This document shows, piece by piece, positions 11,498 to 22,800 of a stretch of 64,000 nt of DNA (the first letter of the stretch is position 1; each line of letters opens with the position of its first letter). The notes beneath the pieces are model-generated. The model searched no databases, had not been told where the DNA came from, and saw nothing but the letters and a program-made list of their open reading frames with translations. The position numbers and the translations under genes are program-made. This stretch comes from a virus. The stretch spans positions 11,911-75,910 of IMG/VR virus record IMGVR_UViG_3300017917_001958; one strand, 5' to 3'.

Positions 11498-11538
11498 AAG
11501 AATCCCCAGTAAACAAACGCAGGAAACCGGGGATTCTT
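11498..11538 (-). terminator. Stem-loop/terminator between the SSB and recombinase genes
   Basis: aagaatcccc...ggggattctt inverted repeat, followed by U-rich tract on the minus strand. Confidence 0.6.
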
Positions 11539-11558
11539 AATATTATTTAATTTATTTA

Positions 11559-12395
11559 CTAAAATGGTAAGTCATCATCAACCTCACTATCTTCCTGTGG
11601 GTCTACAATAGGTGTTGATGGTTTCGTGATTGTTTCGTCACTAGTACTGTTTGAAACATATTTCTTTAGGTCTGAGTCCCAACGTGGTACCTCTCCTTTT
11701 GCTATTAATTCCAAATAATCCTCACTCTTTTTAGCATAAACATCAGACCAAACTAAACTATCTTCTAACCAAGATTTTGCAATATTTTCATCAGTGTGTA
11801 ATGGACTTGCATCTTCAGGGATAATTGAGTTAATAACCGTGTATTCACTACCTTTACCTGATTTAGATAATGTTAAAGATAAAATTAAATCTCTACCATT
11901 TTCTGGATTGGTAATATCCCCTTTATTACGAAAGATTGGGAATATTTTATCTAAGGTACCATCACCTTTAGCATTATGTTTAAATCTCCAAAATTTTACT
12001 CCATCATTTTCTTTATCTCGATCGATAACTTTTACAATATAAAATTTACGGGATCTGTATTGACGAGCCAATTCTTTATCGGATTCATCTCCGGTTGACA
12101 TTAATCCGTCATATACGTCATTTAAAGGTGAACGTTTTCCTTCTTGTTTTGGGTCGTATACTTTAACCCATTTACCATCCACTTGAACTTCGTGGAAATA
12201 AACCTCAACAAATGGTGATGAACCATCTTTTGTAGGTAAAATCCTAACTCTTCTTTCTTCTCCTTTAGAACCCTTAGGTAATAAAGTAGTGAAAAACTTT
12301 TTCATTCGATCCTCTTGAGGAACTTTGTTTCCATTGCCACCTGTGGCGTTTTTACTTTTCTCATACTGAGACATTACTGAATCATACGTTGACAT
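11559..12395 (-). CDS. Single-stranded DNA-binding protein (gp32-like)
   Basis: RILP...PFVEVYFH, VIDRD...GVKFW, GDITNPENGRDL, acidic tail ending DDDLPF. Confidence 0.85.
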   Translation of the reverse strand: MSTYDSVMSQYEKSKNATGGNGNKVPQEDRMKKFFTTLLPKGSKGEERRVRILPTKDGSSPFVEVYFHEVQVDGKWVKVYDPKQEGKRSPLNDVYDGLMSTGDESDKELARQYRSRKFYIVKVIDRDKENDGVKFWRFKHNAKGDGTLDKIFPIFRNKGDITNPENGRDLILSLTLSKSGKGSEYTVINSIIPEDASPLHTDENIAKSWLEDSLVWSDVYAKKSEDYLELIAKGEVPRWDSDLKKYVSNSTSDETITKPSTPIVDPQEDSEVDDDLPF

Positions 12396-12482
12396 GTTTT
12401 TAAAATTTAAATTGTTTATGTTAAAATATAGATAAAAAAACCCGAATTAAAAAATCCGGGTTAATTTTTTTTGAAATTTTTT

Positions 12483-12854
12483 TTATTCTAATGTTAATAA
12501 GTAATTTAGTTTATAAAATAAACCTAACATTTCATCTCGAATATTTAATAAATTAGTATCTGTTTGATCTAATTCGTCCGTTAATTGTATAAATGCATCA
12601 CAAACGGTTTTAACCATTGCTTTTGTATCAATTTCTGATAAATTTGACAATTGGATTGTTTTTGTTTCTTCATCTAATATAAATCTACCATACTTTCCCA
12701 TTGCTTCTTCAACGTATGAATCTACTAAATCAAGTAATTCACCGAAAGTATCGTCAAACGCTTTATGTCTTGCATATCCTTTTGTTTGCCAATGTAAAAT
12801 TTTAATTTGACACTGCAAACCAAGAAAAAAGTTTACGTTAGTACTTAAATTCAT
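12483..12854 (-). CDS. Ferritin/Dps-like four-helix protein (DUF5856-like)
   Basis: LHWQT..ARHKAFD...LVDSYVE...GKYGR and NIRDEM...YLLTL. Confidence 0.7.
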   Translation of the reverse strand: MNLSTNVNFFLGLQCQIKILHWQTKGYARHKAFDDTFGELLDLVDSYVEEAMGKYGRFILDEETKTIQLSNLSEIDTKAMVKTVCDAFIQLTDELDQTDTNLLNIRDEMLGLFYKLNYLLTLE

Positions 12855-13497
12855 CTTCTTGTTGTTCTGGGTTAAATGATGATCTTATGGTGTCTTTCGA
12901 ATAATTTTGAATTTCGTCTTTTCTTAAAACGTATTCATTTTTACCGGATGCTTGCATCTCACCTTGTTTATGTGCAAAAAATTCTTGTGGTTTCTCGTTA
13001 AATGGATATGAATCTAATGAACGCATTTCTAATTTTTCTTGTGGTGTTTCTGGTTTCATTTTTTCAACCTGTTGACCTAAATTATCTATTTTATTCATAA
13101 GTGCGTCCATTTCACCAAGTTTTGCTTCCAAATCCGTTAGTTTAGTGAACACATCATCCATTTTAGCTATAACCGCACCATGATCTTGTTTATTGCTATC
13201 AATATCTTTTTTAATATTTTTAGTCATATTAACTAAATCGGTAATATCAATCTCTTCTGTGGTATCAGTATCCATTGGAGTTGTGCCCGCATCTGTTATT
13301 GGTGGTACCTCTGCTGTTGCATTTGGATCAGTCGCTCCAGCATCTGGTGTTGGTGGTACCTCTGCTGTTGCATCCGGTGCCGGTACTTCTGTTTCTGGTG
13401 TCGGAGGTGGAACATCTTGTTCCATTATCATTTTTTTAGCGTATTTGTTAATAGCATTAAAACGTTTAACCTCTTCTAATAATTTTTTCTCTAACAT
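12838..13497 (-). CDS. Hypothetical late protein with N-terminal LLEEVKRF tag, acidic Pro-rich linker and coiled coil (possible head/scaffold-associated)
   Basis: ORF composition; in an operon with a late motif at 13714. Confidence 0.7.
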   Translation of the reverse strand: MLEKKLLEEVKRFNAINKYAKKMIMEQDVPPPTPETEVPAPDATAEVPPTPDAGATDPNATAEVPPITDAGTTPMDTDTTEEIDITDLVNMTKNIKKDIDSNKQDHGAVIAKMDDVFTKLTDLEAKLGEMDALMNKIDNLGQQVEKMKPETPQEKLEMRSLDSYPFNEKPQEFFAHKQGEMQASGKNEYVLRKDEIQNYSKDTIRSSFNPEQQEDEFKY

Positions 13498-13500
13498 GAT

Positions 13501-13704
13501 TTAATCTTGTAATAGTTGTCTACCATCATTTGTGATGTATTTTTTATTTATTCTTTCGACGATTCCGTCTTTTTCTCGAATTGTATAACATTCTCCCGTT
13601 AACATATCACATTCTTCTCTTTCCATTCCATCGTTAGAAACTTTTCTAACTTGTTTTGGTTTTAAGAATTGATTAATAGTATTATTGATTTTTGAGTTTT
13701 CCAT
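13501..13704 (-). CDS. Small hypothetical protein
   Basis: 67 aa, C-x6-C (CDMLTGEC), late motif just upstream. Confidence 0.7.
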   Translation of the reverse strand: MENSKINNTINQFLKPKQVRKVSNDGMEREECDMLTGECYTIREKDGIVERINKKYITNDGRQLLQD

Positions 13705-13741
13705 ACTTTTTTATATAAATATCTTAATTTTATTAATATTC

Positions 13742-16700
13742 TTATATTATATTAAAATATACTATATCACCTTCGAATAGTTTTAGTTTTTCCATTAAAG
13801 CTGGTGACATACCCATACCATAATTTGTTACTGTTGGACCTATATTTATCGGTCCTTGTACTTTTCTTTTTGGTGACGTGTCAGTATCTAATAAATATTT
13901 TGATTCTAACATAAGACTTTTTTTATTTTGAGGGTTATAAAATTCAGTTTTAACCGTTGGTCCCATTATAATATCCGCAGTAACTTTTTTTGATAACTTG
14001 AATTTAGTTGAATAAAATAAGTAATCGGTATTTTTGATTTCTGACCATTTTAAATTCTTTGGTTTTACTGTATATGAACTTAACTGATTAATTAAACTCA
14101 TATCCATGTCGTCACTTACCGGATAATTTTCACCACCCATTCTAACAACACTCGCTCTTAACCATTCTTTATTATTTATTTTAATTTTTTGAATATATTG
14201 TTCGTTTTCCGCACCATTATATGGTATACCATACTTTGTTATACCGATATCTTTAATAAACATATCATTTTTCTCAGAATTCAATAATTTAATGATATCC
14301 GTGGTATAGCTTCCTGAAGAAGTGTTGATTGTTATAGTTGTTGGTGTAACTGTTTTATCCGTATTATTAACTTTTGCAATGGCTTTTTTAGCTATTGAAT
14401 CAAACAATACTCTATAACTAGACGTAAACGAGTCTTTTGGATCCGGTAACGATGCATATGGTATTCTTGATCCTTTAAATGTTGTTGTTATATTATTATT
14501 TCTAATATTATGAGTGACTTCCGTAATCCAATAAGACCCCCTAAACATTGGTACATTTTTTAAATAAAAAAACATTGTAGGTTGAATCATAACATTTCCC
14601 ATACATGTAACTTCACATGAATATGATGCTTGTCGATAATATTCAAATAAACCAATATCTACATTATATGCACCCGCACCTGATTCGGATTTTGCAATAT
14701 TTTCCAAAACCACAAAAGATTCTGATGTGTTTTTTAAAGATGATTGATTTAATTGTAACCCTTTAAATATACTTTGATTTTGATCACCAAAACTAACTTC
14801 AAAAGCAACAACTTTATTTGATTTAGCCAAATCACCAGTATTGAAAACTGCCGGTGTTGTAATCATCATTGGATTATTATTGTTATCGCCAATATAGTAA
14901 CTGTCGTCATTATATTTAAATTTACTTCCCATATCTGTGGGATATTTTGAAACTGGACCTGTAAATTGTATAATGATTTTTGGCGAAGAATCTTGATAAT
15001 CAACATCTAAGAACGTCCCAAATAAATTTTCTGCAACCTTTTTAGAGGGTGTTATTTTAGATTGATTATTGAAATTAGTACCATAAAAATTAACATATGC
15101 CGGTAACGGTCTCATATCAAATCCGGTACCCTGTATTAACATTGAAATTACACTATATAGATTTGTTTTTTCATTTTTAGGATCACCTAACGATTTTAAT
15201 CTTTGAATGTTAAGAAAAACTTTATCTCCAATATCTTTATTTGCTTTATCTAAGAATAAAAATTCTTCCAATAATAATCTTTGTCCGATAGAATTCCCAC
15301 CAATCCATTTATCATTAAATGATTTGAAATAATTATATAATTCAATTTTAGTGTCTCTATTATTATATCCATCAATAATTGTTGTATTGTTTGTGGTTGT
15401 TTGATATTTTAAATCGTTAAATTTAGATGTTAAAATTGTTAAAAATAATGATAATCTATTTACAGAACCCGAAACTTCATTTTTTGAATTGTTTTTTAAA
15501 AATATATTATCATTTATATATTTTTGGAATGTTTTTTTATCTGATAATCCTCCTGATTTTCTATAACCCGCATAAATCAATATCAATGGTCTAAATTGAA
15601 TTATGTTTGTTTCATTTAGTTCGACATCATTAGTTATAAAAAATTCATTATAATATGAATCAATGTCTTCACCAATATACAGTTTTATTAAATCTAAATT
15701 ATTTTGAGTTGATTGAGATGGATCATATTCATTATAAGTAAACGGTATAAATTCATCATTTACATTTAATTCAGAAAAACCTTTAAATACATACGCATCG
15801 ATTTCTTTAGGATTACCGATTGTTATTTTAATCCAATTATCAACTGACAACATATCGGTAGTTACATCTTTTAAGTTTTCTTCTTGTCTTTTTTTGATTG
15901 TGGTAATTAATTCATCAATATTTGTACTATCTGATTTTGTTTTTTTAACCGTTAAAATCCCTTTTAATATGTCCTGAAATTGATAATAATATACTTTTTC
16001 AAATCTTTTATATGGTGATTCTTCCTTTCCTTTTTCGGATGAAAATTGTAAAAACATGTCTTCAAATTCATCTAATATTTTTGGACTAAATGTACCAATC
16101 AAATCGATTACTTTTCTATAGTTCTCAGATATTGAATATTTGTTATCATATAGTTCTCTTGTTGTTCCAGTAACAAAACTTCTATGATATTGATCGTATG
16201 ATGGAAATGTTTTACCACTAAATGTGTCATTAACATAATCATCATCCCATAGCACTCTAAAATTTGATTGTTCCTCAACTTCAAATGATTTATTCGAAGT
16301 ATATGGGAAGTTAGGAAAAACACCTAATATTTTAGCGGTTTGTTCGTTGGTTACTATTTTTTTACCGATGGTACTATTATTTCCATCAGACGGTAACAAT
16401 GTATATCTTAAATCAGTATTATCAAATTTTGAATTATCTACAAATCCAGTCCAATAATTAATTTCGCTAGTAGAATCTTTACGTTTTCTTTCATTAATTG
16501 CTCCGGCATTTACATTTACATTAAAAGATGTGCTACCCGATGCAATGATATAGTGGTTATAACCATTTATGATTTCATGATATAATGCGTCATAATACGG
16601 ATGAATACCGGTATCTTTATTATCACTATATGTTAAGTAATCGGTACCTATTTGAAATATATCGCCATCATTATCATCAAAAAACAAACTTCCATCAATA

Positions 16701-19528
16701 TTAGTAGTGTTGTTACTATTATCTAAAAAACCACTTAATATATCAATACCTTCTAGTATGTATTTTTTATATCTATGGTATATGGATCCCCATTTGACAA
16801 TTAAATGATATGGAACAAAATGTGATGCACCAACTTCTTTAAATAGGTTAGACATCCTAACATTAATGTTACTCGTTGCTGTCGAACCTTCGGTTATGGT
16901 TAAAAATCCTAACTCATCTTCAAGATCACGAAATGGTAATGAATTTAATAAAAGATATGCCGAACCTTTAAATTTTCCATATTGATTAGTTGTGATAAAA
17001 TCATTATATAATTGTTTATGGAAATACGGTGTGTTTAATATGTGTATATTACTATTACCTATATTTAATTTATTTAAAAATAAATTTTCAGTAAATCCCG
17101 ATTTAACCCAAGATATTCTATTTTGACCTGAACAAATAAATCCATCATTTAAATCTACTTTTAAGTTTTTACCAAATTTATTAATTTCATATTTTTCTTT
17201 ATTAATATAAGAAAGATATAAATCAGAAGTAAATGGATATATTTTTTTTCTATATGATTCAACCGAATAATTTTGTAAAAAATTATTTAAATTAACAAAA
17301 GAATTTAAATTTTTTGTTTCGGGTGATTTGTCAAGATATTGTTCTATTTTTATAGGATATTCCAACGAATCTTTAATATATGGTACCGTTGGTAATTCAT
17401 CTTTATAATATGGGTATCTTTCAAAAGGAGAAAATGATTGTAATGAATTTCTTAAATCTTCTGCAGTTTTTATCCTATTATGTAATAATCCAATTAAATC
17501 ATCATCTTCTTTTATTGATTCTTTTATATTTTCAAATTCAATTTCTGATAATTCTTTTAATGTTTCATTATCAAAAGAATCAATTAATGTATAAAAATTA
17601 GATCTTTCCCAAATTTCATATAAAAAAGATGATAATGATTTATCTGTATATGGTAAAAAATCTGAAACTTCAGATAATGAACTTATTTTTGTAATTTTAC
17701 TTTCATCTATATTAGTACCAAATGTAACATTATTATTTATATTTTCTTTATCACTTAACGTATCTATTTTATTTGTCGCAACCCCAATGTAATTTTCTAA
17801 AAATTCAACTTCAGGCCACAAACTCATATTGTTTGATTTTAATTTCTCCTGTAGTTCCGGTTCTGCCGGATATGCTATTACTTTTTGTTTTTCACCTGAA
17901 ACGCTTTTTTTAATTTCAGGCCAAGGATAAATATTTTCACCAGTACTTTCATCAGAAAATCCTTCTATTAATTTTTTTCTTTCCTTTGATGCATCAAATG
18001 CCCTTTGGTGAACATCTTTCATTAATCTGACATAAACTTCCGCATTTGCTAAGATTACCGCAAATATGTTTCTTACTGTTGGAGAAAAACCAATTCCACC
18101 TCTACCGGTATCTTTAATAACATTATTCATCTCCTCTTCTACTTTCTTCTCCAAAATGTCTTTTTGTTCATTAAATGATTTTCTTATTTCGGATAATCGT
18201 TTAAATAACTCATCTTTAGCAACAACATACTGTCCATTTATTTTTGTAACATAATCATCTAACGAACCTAAATTTTTTGCTACTATTTTTTCTTTTTTAA
18301 AATTAGCGTTTGTTTTATTTAATAATGAATTGTTAAATAATTCATTTTCATTTAATGATTTTTTAGATGATTCAATTATATTTTCTAATGTTTTATTTGC
18401 TGTTGTTCCGGATATATTTACCGGATCTGTTTTATCCTTAGCGGATAATTCATAATAATTAACATTATTTTTAGGTGTAATATTATTAGTTAGGTACCTA
18501 ACGCACCAAGAATTAATATTATTTTCAATACCATTTATTGTATCTTCAAAACTTTTTAGACCTGAAAATAATTTCATACTTACTACTTGATCTAAAATTT
18601 GTTTTTCTAATATTTTATCTAACGTTTCTGCAACTACTAAAAGTTCTCTTAATGTTTTATTAGGAAAATCTTTCGGTAATAAACCTTTTTGTTTATATTC
18701 AGAATATACCGTTTTTAATATTTGATAACCCTTTGATGATTTTGATATTTTTTGTTCTGAATTGTTTGTTTTAGTATTTGTATTAGAATTTACATCCGTT
18801 CTATTTGGATACATGTATGGTGCATTTAACATACCTTTAAGTGGTATATCATTAAGCCAAGCAAATGTTGATCCAACAAATGTGGTTTCAACTTCAAAAT
18901 TACCATTAGTTTCATTATATTTTGTATTAAACTTAATAAGATGTAATCTATATTTTATTGCCTTACCATAAAATCCTTTTATTGTTAAGTAATATATTGG
19001 CCAAGGTATATGAAAAAATGCACTATAAGGTGAATTTTCAGGTGATTCAAACAAAGTTTTACCCCTTACATCAATAAAATTAATTTGTACTTGTGGTATT
19101 GAATTAATTCCTTTTATTGAAATATTAATTGAATCTATCCCAAATGATTGTCCGGTTTTATCTGATTGATAAAAAACACCTGTACCTAAAGAATTACCGT
19201 TTTTATCTTTTTTTGTTTTTTGATCAAAATTTAAGTAGGTGTCAGTCCAAGTTGAATCGTAGTCACCTCCTTCTGCGTTTTTTAAAAAATTTAATGTTCC
19301 TTGAGCTATTGAAGTTAATGTATTTTTATCATTTTCGGATGTTAATATTGATCTTGGAATAATATCAGCTTCTAAATTAACATACATCACCAACTTTTCT
19401 TGTTCGATGTTTCTTGGTAATATAGTACCATCACTATGAATTACACTATTAGGATCGATATAAATTAAATTATTTTCATCAACCTTTACTAAAATGTTTT
19501 CGCTATTTGTTATTTTATTGTTCCCCAT
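13742..19528 (-). CDS. Very large baseplate hub-like protein (gp27/VgrG/gpD-like C-terminal segment)
   Basis: 1928 aa; SCEVTCMGNVMIQP...FRGSYWITEVTHNI...TTTFKGSR resembles hub proteins; follows the LysM/gp53-like gene. Confidence 0.6.
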   Translation of the reverse strand: MGNNKITNSENILVKVDENNLIYIDPNSVIHSDGTILPRNIEQEKLVMYVNLEADIIPRSILTSENDKNTLTSIAQGTLNFLKNAEGGDYDSTWTDTYLNFDQKTKKDKNGNSLGTGVFYQSDKTGQSFGIDSINISIKGINSIPQVQINFIDVRGKTLFESPENSPYSAFFHIPWPIYYLTIKGFYGKAIKYRLHLIKFNTKYNETNGNFEVETTFVGSTFAWLNDIPLKGMLNAPYMYPNRTDVNSNTNTKTNNSEQKISKSSKGYQILKTVYSEYKQKGLLPKDFPNKTLRELLVVAETLDKILEKQILDQVVSMKLFSGLKSFEDTINGIENNINSWCVRYLTNNITPKNNVNYYELSAKDKTDPVNISGTTANKTLENIIESSKKSLNENELFNNSLLNKTNANFKKEKIVAKNLGSLDDYVTKINGQYVVAKDELFKRLSEIRKSFNEQKDILEKKVEEEMNNVIKDTGRGGIGFSPTVRNIFAVILANAEVYVRLMKDVHQRAFDASKERKKLIEGFSDESTGENIYPWPEIKKSVSGEKQKVIAYPAEPELQEKLKSNNMSLWPEVEFLENYIGVATNKIDTLSDKENINNNVTFGTNIDESKITKISSLSEVSDFLPYTDKSLSSFLYEIWERSNFYTLIDSFDNETLKELSEIEFENIKESIKEDDDLIGLLHNRIKTAEDLRNSLQSFSPFERYPYYKDELPTVPYIKDSLEYPIKIEQYLDKSPETKNLNSFVNLNNFLQNYSVESYRKKIYPFTSDLYLSYINKEKYEINKFGKNLKVDLNDGFICSGQNRISWVKSGFTENLFLNKLNIGNSNIHILNTPYFHKQLYNDFITTNQYGKFKGSAYLLLNSLPFRDLEDELGFLTITEGSTATSNINVRMSNLFKEVGASHFVPYHLIVKWGSIYHRYKKYILEGIDILSGFLDNSNNTTNIDGSLFFDDNDGDIFQIGTDYLTYSDNKDTGIHPYYDALYHEIINGYNHYIIASGSTSFNVNVNAGAINERKRKDSTSEINYWTGFVDNSKFDNTDLRYTLLPSDGNNSTIGKKIVTNEQTAKILGVFPNFPYTSNKSFEVEEQSNFRVLWDDDYVNDTFSGKTFPSYDQYHRSFVTGTTRELYDNKYSISENYRKVIDLIGTFSPKILDEFEDMFLQFSSEKGKEESPYKRFEKVYYYQFQDILKGILTVKKTKSDSTNIDELITTIKKRQEENLKDVTTDMLSVDNWIKITIGNPKEIDAYVFKGFSELNVNDEFIPFTYNEYDPSQSTQNNLDLIKLYIGEDIDSYYNEFFITNDVELNETNIIQFRPLILIYAGYRKSGGLSDKKTFQKYINDNIFLKNNSKNEVSGSVNRLSLFLTILTSKFNDLKYQTTTNNTTIIDGYNNRDTKIELYNYFKSFNDKWIGGNSIGQRLLLEEFLFLDKANKDIGDKVFLNIQRLKSLGDPKNEKTNLYSVISMLIQGTGFDMRPLPAYVNFYGTNFNNQSKITPSKKVAENLFGTFLDVDYQDSSPKIIIQFTGPVSKYPTDMGSKFKYNDDSYYIGDNNNNPMMITTPAVFNTGDLAKSNKVVAFEVSFGDQNQSIFKGLQLNQSSLKNTSESFVVLENIAKSESGAGAYNVDIGLFEYYRQASYSCEVTCMGNVMIQPTMFFYLKNVPMFRGSYWITEVTHNIRNNNITTTFKGSRIPYASLPDPKDSFTSSYRVLFDSIAKKAIAKVNNTDKTVTPTTITINTSSGSYTTDIIKLLNSEKNDMFIKDIGITKYGIPYNGAENEQYIQKIKINNKEWLRASVVRMGGENYPVSDDMDMSLINQLSSYTVKPKNLKWSEIKNTDYLFYSTKFKLSKKVTADIIMGPTVKTEFYNPQNKKSLMLESKYLLDTDTSPKRKVQGPINIGPTVTNYGMGMSPALMEKLKLFEGDIVYFNII

Positions 19529-19841
19529 AATATAAGTTATACAATTCTACGCCTCTTTTGTAATCTTGTAAAGTAGTTATTAAAGGAAATGGTATTCTGA
19601 TCATAAAGTTATCAGGAATTTCAAATTCAACACTTCCGGCTAATGGATTCGCTAATAGTATTAACCAACCAAATGTCGGTGAACTATAAAAAGTGTCTGA
19701 TAACTTATCCAACCTATCTTTCCCTTTTTTAAATTGAATGTATTTGTCAGTTCCTTTTATAGGTATTTCAATACCCGGAACAATTCTGAATTTACCGTCA
19801 TCTATGAAAAATTGATACCTATCAAAATAATCTCTACTCAT
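19515..19841 (-). CDS. Baseplate gp53/LysM-like (tail X) protein
   Basis: DRLDKLSDTFYSSPTFGWLILLANP...IRIP. Confidence 0.8.
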   Translation of the reverse strand: MSRDYFDRYQFFIDDGKFRIVPGIEIPIKGTDKYIQFKKGKDRLDKLSDTFYSSPTFGWLILLANPLAGSVEFEIPDNFMIRIPFPLITTLQDYKRGVELYNLYYGEQ

Positions 19842-22800
19842 TTTTTATAATAATTTAATTTATTTATTACAGAAACTTTAGTTGAAAAAAGTTTTTTAGT
19901 TTCATCTAAAATATTTTGATCTGTTATCTCCGTTTCATTTGATATCGTAAACTTAACATCATTGTTGTTTTTTCTTTTAATAAATTTACTAAATTTAAAC
20001 ACCTTTTCTTTTGGTGTTACAAAAAAATTATCTAATCTTTTTGATAATCTTGTGGTTGTATTTTCATCAAAAATTATTGAATCTCCTTTTTTAAGAATTT
20101 CAATAATTTTTTCTTTACTATCATTTAATAAAACAGTTAATATGTCACTTAATGTTGGGGTATCGATTGTCGGATTATTAAAATTTATTGTACCGTCTAA
20201 ATCATTATAAAATTTAGATGTATTTGTTTTTATATAATCGATACATGTACTATATTCATTATATATTAAATCATATGTAAATCCTGATAAGTTTGATTGT
20301 ACTGTCTTTTTATCGTCAATCACTTTTGCATCTTTACCATATTTTACCAAATAATTAACTTTATCCAATGAAGTTATTAATTTATTTGTGTTTTCCTCAA
20401 ATGATAAAACAGTAGTATCAGTGACTATTCCATCTAACTTTTCATTTACTATTTTTTTGATTTCAGGTGTTAATAATTCATTAGCTTTATTTTGTTTAGG
20501 TAATGTTAATTCTTTATCAAAACCAAATATTTGACATAGATTTGAATTTGTTATTGATAAATCCATAGCCATTTTAACTCCTCTATTTAAAATTGGTAAC
20601 TCTTTTGTTTTTGTGTACAAACCAAATAAATCAATTGTTGTTCCGGGTGTGTTACTTGTTGTGGTATAAACATCGTATGTTTTAATTGTTCTATACGTTG
20701 GTGAAATTATCATATCTAATAATTTTGTACCGTATTTTTTATTTAAACCATTATATAAAATAGGATATTGTGTAAAATATGATTCCGTTTTTGTAAACAC
20801 ATCTTCAATTACATTTTTATAGTTTAATTCTGTGGTACCTTCACCAATGTTTTTACCTTTATCAATTTCATTTAATTTTTCGTCAGTTGACGGTTGAGGT
20901 GTTTTATTATAATCTTCTTGTAGTTTTTCTAAGAATGATTTGGTAAATCCAGATGACTCTTGTCCATTAATCGATGTATTTGTTGAAATTGATCTTTCAT
21001 CATACATTTCAGTATTCGCATAGAAATTAGAAGTTAACGCATTTTGTAATCTTTCTACCGGTTTTTCAAGTCCTTGACCACCAATAAAATTAATTTGTAA
21101 TGTTACATTTGCAATCATTGGTTGAACTCCGATTCCTTCCGGATTTAAATCCCATACACCATCTTCAAATGTTATACCAACGTCTCTAATTACAATTTTA
21201 GAATGATAAAAATCACCCACTCTTAATATACAGATTGGTGGTGGTCCGAAAGTAGTGTTTCTAGCACCTATATCACTATTATCAGAAATACCTTTAATTG
21301 GAATAGTATCTCCCGGTCTTAAACATTGATGAATAAATGTTAATCTAGCATTTAAACCTTCAGGTGTTGTTGAATGAAACGCCGGATGAAAATATCTTAA
21401 TTTTTCGGTTAATGATTTAAATGCAATTGGTGAGTCTTCTTCTAATTTTTTGAAATAAAAACATTCCGATAATGTTTTCATGATAATTCTTTTCATGACA
21501 TCAATCGGTGGTTTTTTTACTTTATTAGGTACAGTTACAACACCATCTTCTATTATACTTGTTTTTGGTAATTCGTTTTTTGGTTCCGGATTAATTGGTT
21601 TTTGAGGTTCAGGTGTTTTATCATATTTAAAATTAACCTTAACATTTCTACACCAAAAAGCAACTGGTGAATATTTTTTTAATCCCGGAACCGCAACAAA
21701 ATCTTGATTTTTACAATTCACATCATCATCACTATTACCTGTAAATGTTTCACCATAATTGGTACTTACAACTGTTAATTTTCCGGGATTATCCCAACCA
21801 AAATCTTGTTTTAAATCATATTCTTTTGTTATAATAATACCGCCACTTTTATTTACGGTTATCCCATCCTTATTATATCCATCAACTAAGTTTGAAGAAT
21901 CAATCCATTTAGGTGTTGGTCCTTTACCGTCTTTTGAAATTCTTGAAAATAAATCTTTTAATACACTATGACTTCTTCTTAATGACAATTTTTCATTATA
22001 TAAATTACTAGCAACGGAAGAAGTTGATGACGATATTTCTATTTTTATATTTTGTACCGTTTTTCCTGATATATCATTTTTTAATGTTTCAGTTTTTCCT
22101 GTGTAATCATTAAATTTAGAATCCATATTATCAAAATATTTTACCATTTTTGATAATTGATCATTTATTAAAGTTGCACCTACCGGATTTTCAGTTCCAA
22201 AAATTTGTTTTTTCTCTTTTTTTACTTGTTTTGTGTTTTGTGAATCAACATAACTTAATAATGTTACTAAATCATTTTGTAAATGACCAGTATATGTTAA
22301 TTTTTGAGTTTTATATTTTAAATATAAATCAGTGTAATTTGATGATGATGTAACATTTCTTGTATTTGGATCCGGTACATCATTTTCAAAATTTAAAATG
22401 ACATGTAATGTTTGTGAGTTAGATGATGCCACTGGTGTTGGTTCCTGTGGATTTGTTTTAACATTGGGGTCTATAACTGTTTTATATTTATTAATTACTT
22501 TTGTGTCTCCGCCAGTATTAAGATAATCTTTAATTAAATCAATATCACTTTTATCTAAAGTCGTATATCTTCTAATAAGACCATAAAAATCTAATTCTTC
22601 ACATCCAGCAAAAAATGCATTAATATAATTGTCTGCTTCTTCATCAGACATTCCTTTAAAATGTTCTCTAACCAATAAGTTCAATATACTTGGATGATCA
22701 ACAACAACTTTAAATGAAATTTGTCCTGATCTTTCTGTGTTTTGATATGTGTAAATTGGTTCGGGTCTACCTAAAAAATTATTTGTTTCCCATTTAGCAC

